DNA of 64,000 nucleotides from the NCBI GenBank assembly GCA_025060695.1, contig JANXBH010000001.1:90730-154729 (forward strand), read 5' to 3'. This DNA is from a candidate division WOR-3 bacterium (GTDB lineage Bacteria > Hydrothermota > Hydrothermia > LBFQ01 > DSFT01). The position numbers and the translations under genes were made by a program. The notes beneath the pieces were generated by a model that was not told where the DNA came from, did not search any database, and worked only from the letters and a program-made list of their open reading frames with translations. Of the stretch, positions 1 through 9,749 are shown one piece after another; the stretch's first letter is position 1, and every line of letters begins with the position of its first letter.

Positions 1-266
1 ATTTTGATATGTTAGTACCATATGTTGGTGAAATAATTGGTGGAAGCCAAAGAGAGGAAGATATTGAAACACTAATTAGTAGAATAAGGGAAGAAAATTT
101 ACCAATGGAACTATATATCTGGTATTTAGAAACAAGGAAGTATGGAGGTGTTCCACACTCAGGATTTGGTTTAGGAGTTGAAAGAACAGTGCTTTGGATT
201 ACTAAAGCACAACACATTAGGGAAACTATACCATTTCCAAGATTACTTGAAAAAATTTATCCTTAA
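1..266 (+). CDS. asnS: asparaginyl-tRNA synthetase, C-terminal fragment (gene begins upstream of the window)
   Basis: Class II aaRS motif 3 region: [10 protein letters not shown] ... [30 protein letters not shown] ... IPFPR. This is diagnostic of AsnRS rather than AspRS. The frame is open from the window edge. Confidence 0.8.
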   Translation, partial: FDMLVPYVGEIIGGSQREEDIETLISRIREENLPMELYIWYLETRKYGGVPHSGFGLGVERTVLWITKAQHIRETIPFPRLLEKIYP

Positions 267-1210
267 TGAAATTAGTATTTCTAAACTCTGCTCCCTATTT
301 AGCAGGAAGCATTATATCGGACTTAAAACTTGCAAGACTATTATATAATAATGGGTTTGAAGTTGCTTTCTTCTCAAAAATAAAGCATATGATAAAAAAT
401 TTTGAAGACTTAAACATTTTAGATTTTAAGATTTTGGATATTTTTAAACATATCAAAAAATCACATGTAGTATTTCTTACAGAAAAAGAAGCAAGAAGAT
501 TAATTTTGCCAATAAGAATAGTAAATCCCAAAATAAAAATATTTTCAATAAGAAGAGCACTTCCGAAAAGCACTAAGATATCTTTATTAATTCAAAAGCT
601 ACTTAGCGATAAAATACTATGTGTAAGCAAAAGTGTAGCAAATTCTATAAATTCAAAGAAAACCTATGTAATATACGATTTTACAGAAAGTGTAAGTAAT
701 CCAAAAGAAAGTGTAAATAATGAAATAACATTTGGATATTTAGGAAGGAATGATTATGACAAAGGAACGGACATACTATTAAATAGTATAAAAATTAAGA
801 AGTTTAAGCTTATACTTGCAGGAAATTTTGAAAATTCAGAATTTTTAAAGTATGAAAATGTTAGCTACTTAGGATTTATTTACAATATAGAGGAATTTTT
901 TAGAAAGATAGATATACTTATACTACCATCAAGAAAAGATGCTTTTCCGAGAGTAATTCTTGAAGCGTTCTCCTTTGGTATTCCAGTAATAGCAAGTAAT
1001 GTTGGTGGTATTCCCGAGATTGTAAAGGAAAACTACAACGGTTTTATATTTGAAAGTGAGAATGTAAAAAATTTAATAGAAAAAATAGAAATGGTTGAAA
1101 ATAATCCAAGTATGATTTTGAACATGTCTAAAAACTGCATTAAAACTATAGAGGAAAACTTCCTTCCAAATCATATGCTAAAAAGAATATTACCTCTTTT
1201 ATCTTCATAG
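266..1210 (+). CDS. glycosyltransferase, family 4 / group 1 (GT-B fold)
   Basis: C-terminal GT1 signature EAFSFGIPVIASNVGGIPEIV. The start overlaps the asnS stop (taATGa). Confidence 0.75.
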   Translation: MKLVFLNSAPYLAGSIISDLKLARLLYNNGFEVAFFSKIKHMIKNFEDLNILDFKILDIFKHIKKSHVVFLTEKEARRLILPIRIVNPKIKIFSIRRALPKSTKISLLIQKLLSDKILCVSKSVANSINSKKTYVIYDFTESVSNPKESVNNEITFGYLGRNDYDKGTDILLNSIKIKKFKLILAGNFENSEFLKYENVSYLGFIYNIEEFFRKIDILILPSRKDAFPRVILEAFSFGIPVIASNVGGIPEIVKENYNGFIFESENVKNLIEKIEMVENNPSMILNMSKNCIKTIEENFLPNHMLKRILPLLSS

Positions 1211-1911
1211 TCAGTAAATAGCTTTATGTAAAATCTTATGATATTTGCATCTTTCGGAATATTAATCCTTTTAGCACTAAATAAATCATCTCCTACTTTA
1301 TATCTGCCCCTATCCAGTGTCCAAGCACTTTCGTAATTTGCTTTTTTTACATAACTAATTACTAAATCATTATATTTTCCATATGGATAACAAAAATGTC
1401 TGATTTTTACTTTGAACTTTCTTTCAAGTATAATTTTACTATTTAAAACTTCGTCCTCTATAGATTTTTCGTCTAAATCAGTTAGTATCGGATGGGTTCT
1501 TGTATGGCTTGCAATTTCCATACCACTATCTAACCATACTTTAATTTGGTCTTCATCCATAAGTGGCTTTATCATGTTAGCTTCCTTATAGTACCACTTA
1601 TTGTAACTTCCAATTAAATCACTAACTACAAATAAGGTTGCACTAAATCCGAATTTTTTCAATATAGGAAGTGCATTTTTAAAATTATCTACATATCCAT
1701 CATCAAAAGTAAGAATAACTACTTTTCCTACTTTCTTTCCAGTAATATATTCCCAACCATCTGAAATAGAAAGTCCTTTATATCCCAAAAATTTTAATAG
1801 TTTCATTTGAAGATAAAAATTTAATGTAGTTGTATGTAAACTTCTTTTTTTTACGTTAAAATAAGGTGCCCTGCTAATATTATGATAGCACAAAACTGGT
1901 ATTTTATTCAT
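1171..1911 (-). CDS. polysaccharide deacetylase (NodB-homology, CE4)
   Basis: VILTFDDGYVDN motif (TFDDG) and a His-containing downstream motif HTRTHP. Confidence 0.75.
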   Translation of the reverse strand: MNKIPVLCYHNISRAPYFNVKKRSLHTTTLNFYLQMKLLKFLGYKGLSISDGWEYITGKKVGKVVILTFDDGYVDNFKNALPILKKFGFSATLFVVSDLIGSYNKWYYKEANMIKPLMDEDQIKVWLDSGMEIASHTRTHPILTDLDEKSIEDEVLNSKIILERKFKVKIRHFCYPYGKYNDLVISYVKKANYESAWTLDRGRYKVGDDLFSAKRINIPKDANIIRFYIKLFTDYEDKRGNILFSI

Positions 1912-2371
1912 CCTTGTTTAAGTAGTATCTATATGCACTTTTTCCGTTTGAGTAGAATTTTTTTATTTCCTCAACCTTTCTAAAGCCAATGTTTTCATAG
2001 AACTTAATTGCAACTATATTATCATCCACAACTTCAAGATATATATCCTTTTTCAACTTTCTTACTTTATCTATAAGAAGACTTCCAATTCCTCTTCTTC
2101 TATGATTTGGATGAACAGCTATATTCTTAATATGAATAGAATTTCCTTCATCAGTATATGCACAATAACCTAAAATCTCACCATTTTTCTCTACTAATAT
2201 TATTCTGTTATAAGCATTTTCAATGAACTTCATGAAAAAATATAACCCCCACTTACCAAAGTTAAACGATAGTTCCTCTATTTTTGAAACTTCTATTAAA
2301 TCTTCTTTTTCAGCCTCTCTTATTGTATAGTGCATCAGGTTCTCTAATGTAGTTAGGTTCAAAAGTTTCAA
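1904..2371 (-). CDS. rimI: GNAT N-acetyltransferase, RimI-like (ribosomal-protein-alanine acetyltransferase)
   Basis: GNAT motif A HPNHRRRGIGSLLI. It is adjacent to, and co-oriented with, tsaB, which is the classical tsaB-rimI pairing. Its 5' end overlaps tsaB by 62 nt, so the real start may be an internal ATG. Confidence 0.6.
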   Translation of the reverse strand: MKLLNLTTLENLMHYTIREAEKEDLIEVSKIEELSFNFGKWGLYFFMKFIENAYNRIILVEKNGEILGYCAYTDEGNSIHIKNIAVHPNHRRRGIGSLLIDKVRKLKKDIYLEVVDDNIVAIKFYENIGFRKVEEIKKFYSNGKSAYRYYLNKDE

Positions 2372-2876
2372 TATCTACATAATTTTCAAATTTAGAAAGC
2401 CTTATTAAATTAGATGCGGTTGGATAATTCTCTAAAATTATAAAATTAGGAAAATCCATTTTTAGTTCCTCTAGGCTATATATTCCTTCTTCTAACACTA
2501 TATTGAAGTTTTCATCAAAAGCACAAGCATAAACTTTATTCTTTGGTGCTTTTAAAATAGGAATTACTCTATAGCCTTTGATGTTATATGCTATGTTTTT
2601 TAAAGAGCTTACTGCTTTAAATTTTACGTCATTGTATACAATTTTAAAAGCCTTTGAAAAGGCGGTAGAAATTCTTAAAGATGTAAAAAATCCGGGTCCT
2701 CTTGATATCACAACTTCTTCTATTTTTGAAAAATCTACCTCAAGCATAGAAAGAATTTTATTTAAATTCTCTGTATGAGAAAATTCAATAAATAAATTAT
2801 ACTCCCACATTACATTGTCATTCTCTCCAATAGCAATAGATAGAAATTCGGTAGATGTTTCTATTGCTAAAATCAT
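2310..2876 (-). CDS. tsaB: tRNA threonylcarbamoyladenosine biosynthesis protein TsaB (YeaZ)
   Basis: N-terminus MILAIETSTEFLSIAI and an ISRGPGFFTSLRI actin-like ATPase-fold motif typical of inactive Kae1 paralogs. 188 aa. Confidence 0.75.
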   Translation of the reverse strand: MILAIETSTEFLSIAIGENDNVMWEYNLFIEFSHTENLNKILSMLEVDFSKIEEVVISRGPGFFTSLRISTAFSKAFKIVYNDVKFKAVSSLKNIAYNIKGYRVIPILKAPKNKVYACAFDENFNIVLEEGIYSLEELKMDFPNFIILENYPTASNLIRLSKFENYVDIETFEPNYIREPDALYNKRG

Positions 2877-4099
2877 AAATTCTCAAACGCTTGTTTTAAA
2901 TCATTTATTAAATCGTCTACATTCTCTATTCCAATTGAAAGTCTTATCATACTATCACTAATTCCAATTTTTAATTTTTCTTCATTTTCTATATCTGAAT
3001 GCGTCATAGAATACGGATGTTCCGCTAATGATTCAGTTCCTCCAAGACTTACCGCAAGTTTAAATACTTTCAAATTATTTAAAAATTTAAAAGCTACTTT
3101 CTCATCACCATCTATATCAAATGAAATCATAGCACCAGGTCCAAGACACTGCTTTTTATATATTTCATATTGCTCACCTTCTAAAAGACCCAAATAGTAA
3201 ACTTTTCTTACTTTTGGATGATTTTTTAAAAAGTTTGCAATTTTTATAGCATTTTGTGTTTGTTTTTCAAATCTAATTTTTAGTGTTTCTAAACTCCTTA
3301 GAATAAGCCACGCATTTATCGGATCAGTTATAGTTCCAAGAAATGTCCTCGTTGTTTTTATTTGATTTATATACTTTGAATATCCAACTACCGCACCTGC
3401 TACGACATCACTATGTCCTGAAATATACTTAGTAGCAGAATATACTACTAAATCCGCTCCAAATCTTAATGGCTTTTGATATATTGGTCCAAGAAAAGTA
3501 TTGTCTACAATTAGAATTGCTCCTATTTCTTTTGATATTTTTGAAAATTTCTCCATATCTATAACCTCAAGCGTTGGATTTGCAGGCGTTTCAATATATA
3601 TAATCTTCGGCTTTTCTATCTTTATTCTTTCAAATATATTTTTATCGCTTATGTAGAATTTTATAACCTCTATGTCAAAATCTTTCAAAAAATGTTCAAA
3701 AAAATAGTAAGTACCACCGTATAGAGGAAAAGAATAAAAAATCTTATCTTTTGGCTTTAGAAATGTTAAAATAGTGGTAGATATAGCAGACATTCCACTA
3801 GAAAATACAGCGCTATCTTCCGCTTCATCGTAAAGAGTTAATCTATCCTCAAGTATTTCTATATTTGGATTATTCAATCTACTATATATAAGACCAATAC
3901 TTTCAGTAGGCTCTTTTTCTCTTAATCCATATGCAATTTCAAAGAACTTCTTTCCTTCTTCAGCACTTTTAAAGATAAATGTAGAAGTTTGATATATTGG
4001 TGGCTTCAGTGCATATTCTGACCATGCAGGGACATAACCATAACTTAAAATAAGCGTTTCAGGTTTTAAATTATTTTTCTTTTTATAATCTATACCCAT
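2873..4099 (-). CDS. PLP-dependent Cys/Met-metabolism enzyme (O-acetylhomoserine sulfhydrylase / methionine gamma-lyase family)
   Basis: Lys-PLP site YSATKYISGHSDVVAGAVV. At 408 aa it has the fold-type I trans-sulfuration family size. Substrate specificity cannot be decided from the sequence alone. Confidence 0.75.
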   Translation of the reverse strand: MGIDYKKKNNLKPETLILSYGYVPAWSEYALKPPIYQTSTFIFKSAEEGKKFFEIAYGLREKEPTESIGLIYSRLNNPNIEILEDRLTLYDEAEDSAVFSSGMSAISTTILTFLKPKDKIFYSFPLYGGTYYFFEHFLKDFDIEVIKFYISDKNIFERIKIEKPKIIYIETPANPTLEVIDMEKFSKISKEIGAILIVDNTFLGPIYQKPLRFGADLVVYSATKYISGHSDVVAGAVVGYSKYINQIKTTRTFLGTITDPINAWLILRSLETLKIRFEKQTQNAIKIANFLKNHPKVRKVYYLGLLEGEQYEIYKKQCLGPGAMISFDIDGDEKVAFKFLNNLKVFKLAVSLGGTESLAEHPYSMTHSDIENEEKLKIGISDSMIRLSIGIENVDDLINDLKQAFENL

Positions 4100-4134
4100 G
4101 GTCTTAAATTTTAAAGTTTGTACCTTAAAATTTA

Positions 4135-4614
4135 TTGAATTTGGAAAGAAAAAGGTTAGATATTAATATTTACTCACTCGCTGAGATAATAAAAAATAGT
4201 GAAGAACACATTTTAGATTTAGAAACTGGTAGATTATTCAAAATTGATGAAAATATCTTAGATGCTATTGAAAGTGACTATTACGATGACTTAAGTGTAA
4301 ATGAGTTGGAAGTAGTGGAAATTTTAAAAGAGGTTTATAATGGTTCTAAGAGGTTTGTTCAAGTTCCAAAAATTTCAGAGGGAGACATAATAAATATCAT
4401 TATGGAAATTAGAGAAAATTTGGATGATATGGATGAATTAAAAGAAAAACTTCTTGAAATTGCATCATCTGAAAAAGTGTATAGAAAAATTAGATATTTG
4501 ATAGATAAAAATGAGGAATTTGAAAAAATATGGAATTATTATCTTTGGTTGTATACAGTAAAAAAGGCAAAGGCTTGGCTTTTATCTCTTGGATTTGAAA
4601 TTAACCAACCATAA
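4135..4614 (+). CDS. hypothetical acidic protein
   Basis: 159 aa ORF with no recognisable motif. The TTG at 4135 lies only 3 nt after the upstream TAAAAT element; the TTG at 4141 fits the promoter spacing better. Confidence 0.35.
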   Translation: MNLERKRLDINIYSLAEIIKNSEEHILDLETGRLFKIDENILDAIESDYYDDLSVNELEVVEILKEVYNGSKRFVQVPKISEGDIINIIMEIRENLDDMDELKEKLLEIASSEKVYRKIRYLIDKNEEFEKIWNYYLWLYTVKKAKAWLLSLGFEINQP

Positions 4615-5274
4615 ATAAAGACCAGATAGCGTCATATGAGGTTCATATTTATAGTCCTTAAAGAACTTTAAAAATAAATTCGCATTTCCACCAGTTATAA
4701 ACTTATGCTTTACATTGAATTCTTTTTCCAATTTTAAAATTAGAGATTTATAGCTATTTAACAAACCAAGTAGTATAGCCTCTTCTGTTGAGTTAGCTAT
4801 TGGTTTTTCCTGAATATCAAAACATGTATTTTCTAAATTTGGTAAAAGCGAAGTACTTTCATGTAAGCATTTTAAATAGTTTTTATAACCAAGTAATATA
4901 AAACCACCTTTAAATTCGCTATCTACTATATCTATTACTGTTGCTGTCCCAAAGTCTACCACTATAGAAATTTCCCCTAACTTGTATGAAATGTAATGTG
5001 CCTTTGCTATTCTATCGCTACCAAGTGTTTTTGAATAGTTCAACTTGACTAAACTACTTTCATAATTAAGTTCATACAAACTCTTATTTTTTAGTACTTC
5101 ACTTAAGTTTATTTCTTTTAAAACACTACAATATGCAATTTCTTCTATTTCATGAAAAAATTCCTGAATTTTTGATATTTCTACTAAACTAAATGTATTA
5201 AATTTTATTAAATCACCACTACTTACTATACCGCACTTAATTAAACTATTTCCAATATCTACTAAACCGACTAT
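4582..5274 (-). CDS. coaX: type III pantothenate kinase
   Basis: CoaX motifs in frame: VGLVDIGNS (N-terminal phosphate-1 loop), LGSDRIAKAHY, DFGTATVIDIV, ITGGNA. The ORF track begins at an internal TTG (5079). My in-frame translation is open up to 5304 with no ATG/GTG/TTG. I propose an ATA start at 5272-5274, which is 8 nt after a TAAAAT element. Confidence 0.7.
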   Translation of the reverse strand: MVGLVDIGNSLIKCGIVSSGDLIKFNTFSLVEISKIQEFFHEIEEIAYCSVLKEINLSEVLKNKSLYELNYESSLVKLNYSKTLGSDRIAKAHYISYKLGEISIVVDFGTATVIDIVDSEFKGGFILLGYKNYLKCLHESTSLLPNLENTCFDIQEKPIANSTEEAILLGLLNSYKSLILKLEKEFNVKHKFITGGNANLFLKFFKDYKYEPHMTLSGLYLWLVNFKSKR

Positions 5275-5280
5275 TGACCT

Positions 5281-5316
5281 AAATTTTAAAGCAACATAAC
5301 TGCTTTAAAATTTTTA
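5281..5316. promoter_or_regulatory. two copies of the palindromic TTTAAAATTTTAAA-type element in a 46-bp divergent intergenic region (coaX / RNB exoribonuclease)
   Basis: AAATTTTAAAG at 5281-5291 faces coaX, with ATA 8 nt downstream on the minus strand. CTTTAAAATTTTTA at 5303-5316 faces the RNB gene, with ATG 5321 9 nt after TAAAAT. Confidence 0.45.
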
Positions 5317-5320
5317 CTTC

Positions 5321-6871
5321 ATGGAAGAGTTAAAGAAAGTGTGGAAAGATTTAGTAAATAAAAAAATAGAGCTTATAAATTATAATGAATTTGAAAAGAT
5401 GTATGGTGCAAGCATGCTTGAGATGGTAGCTAGTCCAAATCCTTATTTTTCTATAAGGGAAAATGTTATAAGGGTAAATAGTTGGGCAAAGAGATTTACA
5501 AATTTTGAAAGTGGGAAAAAAGATGAGGAGCTTGCACTAATTTTATCTGACTATATAAGAAATGGCTATAAAACAGAATATTTAGATATAATTGAAGAGA
5601 TAAAAAGTGAAGGTACAGATGACCAAAGGATATATAAAACACTTGGTAGAAAAGGTTATTTATACTACAAAGAATTGCCTTTTTTTTATAGGGAAGAACC
5701 ATGTAATCCTATAATAGTAGAGGATAACTATAAGAGAGTTGATTTAAGAAACTTATATACATTCTCTGTTGATGAGGAGGGAACGATAGAAGTAGATGAT
5801 GCAATTAGCATAAACGGAAATAAGGTATATATCCACGTAGCAGACGTTGCATCATCAATAAAATTATACAAAAACCTATCATTACTTGAAAAAGTAATGA
5901 GCTTGTACTTGCCTGAAGAAAATTTTTACTTATTTTCAAATAAGGTGATTGAGAGTTTTTCTCTATATAAAGGTGATAAAAAAGCATTAACTTTAGTTAT
6001 GGAATTTGATGAAAACTTAAATCTAAAAAGCTACAATTTTATAAGAACGATTATCAGCGTAAAAGATAGATTTGACTATAAAACCTTTGAAAAAGTTTTA
6101 TCTATAGAGCCATTTAAAAAACTTCTAACAATTTCAAGAAAATTTCAACTGATAAGATTAAATAATGGTGGCTATAACATAAATTTACCTATGAAAAAAT
6201 TCAAAATAGAGGACGATAGTATACACTACGAGCTTATAAATTTAAATTCAAAAAGTTATACTACAATTTCAGAACTTATGATACTTTATAACTACTTGGC
6301 TTCCAAACTACTAAGAAGACTGGAATTTTCTGCAGTATATAGAAATTATGAGGATAAAGGTCAAATCCAATTAGATGAGAATGATCCCTTATATTACTAT
6401 AAAATTATGAATTTATTCAAACCAACTGTTCTATCTTCTCAACCTAAAGCTCATACTATTATGGGTTTAGATGTATATGCACAATTTACTTCACCTTTAA
6501 GAAGAATTTACGATATCATAAATCAAGAGCAACTACATAGAGCATTAGATAACCAAGAACCAGTTTATCATGCAGAGAAAATAGAAGAGTTTATAAAAGT
6601 TGCAGTTAGAATTGAAAAGAGGAAGAAAAATATACAAAGAGATAGGCTAAACTTTTGGACTTATGTCTATTTGAAAAAATACCATAGTGAAAGAATTATA
6701 AGCGGAGTTGTTTCACAAGCAAATAATAAATGGTCGGAAATTTTCTTCCCAAAGTTTCTTATAACTGAAAAGGTATATTACAAAGGTCTTGAAGTTGGCA
6801 AAAAAATAAATTGTTTAATAAAAAATGTAGATCCATTCGGAAATAAAATGGAGATTTTCATAGTAAAATGA
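5321..6871 (+). CDS. RNB-domain 3'-5' exoribonuclease (RNase II/R family) with C-terminal S1 domain
   Basis: RNB catalytic region VDDAISINGNKVYIHVADVASSI and a C-terminal S1-like segment GVVSQANNKWSEIFFPKFLITEKVYYKGLEVGKK. 516 aa. Confidence 0.65.
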   Translation: MEELKKVWKDLVNKKIELINYNEFEKMYGASMLEMVASPNPYFSIRENVIRVNSWAKRFTNFESGKKDEELALILSDYIRNGYKTEYLDIIEEIKSEGTDDQRIYKTLGRKGYLYYKELPFFYREEPCNPIIVEDNYKRVDLRNLYTFSVDEEGTIEVDDAISINGNKVYIHVADVASSIKLYKNLSLLEKVMSLYLPEENFYLFSNKVIESFSLYKGDKKALTLVMEFDENLNLKSYNFIRTIISVKDRFDYKTFEKVLSIEPFKKLLTISRKFQLIRLNNGGYNINLPMKKFKIEDDSIHYELINLNSKSYTTISELMILYNYLASKLLRRLEFSAVYRNYEDKGQIQLDENDPLYYYKIMNLFKPTVLSSQPKAHTIMGLDVYAQFTSPLRRIYDIINQEQLHRALDNQEPVYHAEKIEEFIKVAVRIEKRKKNIQRDRLNFWTYVYLKKYHSERIISGVVSQANNKWSEIFFPKFLITEKVYYKGLEVGKKINCLIKNVDPFGNKMEIFIVK

Positions 6872-7644
6872 AAGCCCTTGTGCTTTCAGGTGGAGGTTCA
6901 AAAGGTCTTGCTCATATCGGTGTGATAAAAGCAATTGAGGAGAAGAAAATTGAATTAGATTTTATTGTAGGATGTTCAATGGGAGCTTTAGTAGGAAGTT
7001 TGTATGGACTTGGATATTCTTCACATGCTATGACTTCTATTGCAAGACTTATTATTTCAAAAAAGTTGCTAAATTTTAAGTTTTCATTGAGTGAGTTTTT
7101 TGATTCAAAGAAAATAGATAGTTTATTAGATGAAATATTTCAAGAAACCACATTTAGAGAGCTTAAAATTCCTGTTTATATAACTGCTGTGGACTTACTA
7201 AATTACAACTATATTGTTTTTAATGATGGATTGCTAAAGAATGCAATAAGAGCGTCTATTTCATTGCCTGTTATTTTTAAGCCTGTAATGATAAATGGCA
7301 GGGTCCTAATAGATGGTGGAATTATTGAAATACTTCCTCTAAGTGTTGCGAGGAAATTAGGAGCAAACTATATCATTGCTGTAAACGTTGTAGGTTCATT
7401 ATCAGAAGATATATACTTTGAAGATAGTAGCAATGTAAAAAGTATAGATTATGGACTTATTAGAACTGCTCTAAGTTCTATATATATTTTACAAAGGTCT
7501 CAAATTCAAAAGACTATAGAATCATTTAAGCCAGAGGTACTTATAAATGTAGATACAAGTGGTATTAGTCCTATAGACTTTAACCTTAATTTAGAAGATA
7601 TTATAAGTAGAGGCTATGAAAGTGCAAAGAATGCTTTAAAATGA
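6868..7644 (+). CDS. patatin-like phospholipase
   Basis: LVLSGGGSKGLAHIGV (oxyanion GGGxKG), GCSMGALVG (GxSxG nucleophile), and DGG in IDGGIIE (catalytic Asp). Confidence 0.75.
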   Translation: MKALVLSGGGSKGLAHIGVIKAIEEKKIELDFIVGCSMGALVGSLYGLGYSSHAMTSIARLIISKKLLNFKFSLSEFFDSKKIDSLLDEIFQETTFRELKIPVYITAVDLLNYNYIVFNDGLLKNAIRASISLPVIFKPVMINGRVLIDGGIIEILPLSVARKLGANYIIAVNVVGSLSEDIYFEDSSNVKSIDYGLIRTALSSIYILQRSQIQKTIESFKPEVLINVDTSGISPIDFNLNLEDIISRGYESAKNALK

Positions 7645-8006
7645 ATATAGGTATAGATATAGTTGAAGTTAAAAGAATTGAGAATTTATATAGAAAATTT
7701 GGTGAAAAGTTTTTACATCGCATCTTTACAGATGAAGAAATAAATTATTGTTTTTCAAGGAAAAATAGTTTCCATAGTTTTGCAGGTAGATTTGCTATAA
7801 AAGAGGCTGTTCTTAAGGCTCTTGGAATTGGTATGACATCTGGATTTTCATTTAAAGATATTGAAGTTGTAAATTTAGAAAAAGGAAAACCAGTGGTAAT
7901 ACTAAATGGTAAGCTAAAAGAAATGCTTGGAAATAGAAAAATAGAAATATCTATAAGTCATTCAGATAACTATGCAATAGGTGTATGTATAATTCACAAC
8001 CTTTAA
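7641..8006 (+). CDS. acpS: holo-[acyl-carrier-protein] synthase
   Basis: 121 aa with GIDIVEVKRI and FAGRFAIKEAVLKALG, the AcpS 4'-phosphopantetheinyl transferase signature. Start overlaps the patatin stop. Confidence 0.8.
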   Translation: MNIGIDIVEVKRIENLYRKFGEKFLHRIFTDEEINYCFSRKNSFHSFAGRFAIKEAVLKALGIGMTSGFSFKDIEVVNLEKGKPVVILNGKLKEMLGNRKIEISISHSDNYAIGVCIIHNL

Positions 8007-8015
8007 AATATAAGC

Positions 8016-9749
8016 ATGCTTCAGATTACTTTCGGACTTTTTGTTGATATTCCAAAAACGAAGTTCTTTGGCATAGGTGCTTACATAAATCCGCAGTTTC
8101 AAAATAGAACTATTGGGTATTGGGAAGTATCCTATACCCCATTTACAATGGGTCTTGTAGGCTTTACAACTGGAACTCAAATACTATTCGGTAATATCTA
8201 TGCATCCGAAATTTCTTCCTCCGATACACAATTATATTACCTACCAGGATTTCAAGTTTTCATTGGACCTGCAATTGGTAAGAAGTTTTTTTATATAGCT
8301 CCAACTTTAAGTATTACTTATTTTAATCCAAGGTCTATAAAAGTAATAAAGCCAACTTTTGGTGATACATTGAATTATGGACCAACACTTTCATCTTCAG
8401 TAGGTGTAAAAATTGGACTATTATATAAAGAACACTTTTCACTTATTACTGCATATTTTGGTTATGGACAGTACGTAATAAAGAGATACAATAATAATAA
8501 TTGGATAAGAAATCAAGATAGCTTATTAAGGAATTTTTATTTTTCTATAGCAATAAATCCTTTATTTTTCACAAGTACTTATCCATTTAGAGAGTGGGAT
8601 GAGGAAACATATACAAGATATTATCATGGAGATATAGTAGAAAAGGCAGAAGAAAGAAATTTCGTACTATTTTCAATATATACTCAAAGGATGTTTGAAG
8701 AAAAATCACACTTTGACTACATTTACGAATTGGGACTATATAGATACTTTCCTTTAAGAAAATATGGCAATGAGTTTACACTTGGTTTAAGAAGAACAAC
8801 TTATAATCCACTAAATCCTACATATAACCTTCCAACCTTTATATATTTTAAATTTAGACCATATTTCGGGACAAAAAATTACGATATTGGTCCTTATTTT
8901 TCGTTTGGTTATGCGACTGATGGAAAATTTTTAAGAGGAGGAGGTTATGACTTTGGTCTTGCAATAAGATGGCAGATATTTTATCTTGATGTAGGTATGA
9001 CAAAAGCATACTCAGGATTATTCTACGACCCTATGAAAACCTACATTTTAAGAAGCAAACCCGATACCAACTTATTTAGCGAATATAGAATATATCCCTC
9101 TAAACTATTACTAAAAGTTTCATTTGGTTTAAGAATTTTATATAACCATAGCGATTACGTTATAGCACCATTTATATTTAATCCTGCGAGTGAAAGGACA
9201 TTTTTACTATGGACATTGAGTTTAGGAACTAATTTTCAAGCAAGTAATGAACTAAAGATTGTTCCATTTGATTTTATATTCTTTAAATACATGAAAAATA
9301 AACCGATTGGTTTCGGAATAGGTATGGATTTTGAAAATATTACATTTAGTTTAAGAAGAGATACGACCTTACCTAAAGATATAAAAGAAGCAGTAAAAGA
9401 GTCAAGACTTTCATTTAAACTTGGTCCTTCACTTGGGGGAAGGGTAGCTTCAATTATGCCATATGGATTTGTAGGCACTGCATTTTATCCAAGAGATTTA
9501 ATATACGGCGGTGGCGTAAAAGTAGGTTTCGGTTCTTGGGGTAAAGCTTGGAATATGCCATTCTATGTTTTATCAGTTGATTTAAGATATGCAAACGATT
9601 ACTACTTTAATGGTTCAGAATATGTCCAAAATTTTGGATTTAGTCTAAAATTTGGTTTGAGTTATCATATTCCTATATGGATATTTACAAAGAAAACAGA
9701 AAGCGATATATACAAACCTGTAAAACCTGACTATATAAGAGGATATTGA
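8016..9749 (+). CDS. hypothetical aromatic/Gly-rich protein (possible beta-rich envelope protein)
   Basis: 577 aa, rich in Y/F/G/N with alternating hydrophobic patterns, ending in ...IRGY. No obvious signal peptide at the annotated ATG. No catalytic motif recognised. Confidence 0.3.
   Translation: MLQITFGLFVDIPKTKFFGIGAYINPQFQNRTIGYWEVSYTPFTMGLVGFTTGTQILFGNIYASEISSSDTQLYYLPGFQVFIGPAIGKKFFYIAPTLSITYFNPRSIKVIKPTFGDTLNYGPTLSSSVGVKIGLLYKEHFSLITAYFGYGQYVIKRYNNNNWIRNQDSLLRNFYFSIAINPLFFTSTYPFREWDEETYTRYYHGDIVEKAEERNFVLFSIYTQRMFEEKSHFDYIYELGLYRYFPLRKYGNEFTLGLRRTTYNPLNPTYNLPTFIYFKFRPYFGTKNYDIGPYFSFGYATDGKFLRGGGYDFGLAIRWQIFYLDVGMTKAYSGLFYDPMKTYILRSKPDTNLFSEYRIYPSKLLLKVSFGLRILYNHSDYVIAPFIFNPASERTFLLWTLSLGTNFQASNELKIVPFDFIFFKYMKNKPIGFGIGMDFENITFSLRRDTTLPKDIKEAVKESRLSFKLGPSLGGRVASIMPYGFVGTAFYPRDLIYGGGVKVGFGSWGKAWNMPFYVLSVDLRYANDYYFNGSEYVQNFGFSLKFGLSYHIPIWIFTKKTESDIYKPVKPDYIRGY

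Noticed and set aside
2310-2371. The 62-nt overlap of rimI with tsaB and the 35-nt overlap of the alpha/beta hydrolase with the phosphatidyltransferase gene, considered as unusual nested genes.
   Set aside because: More likely the downstream genes start at internal ATGs. Overlaps of this size produced by longest-ORF calling are routine.
4475-5079. ORF-track start codons at internal TTG/ATG positions: coaX at 5079, the MFP at 14729, rdgB at 34475, GT2 at 47376, AAA+ at 49825.
   Set aside because: Hand translation shows the conserved N-terminal domains in frame upstream of these positions. The track simply extended to the first ATG/GTG/TTG and could not see ATA/ATT/CTG starts, or (for the AAA+ gene) it ran into the tRNA.
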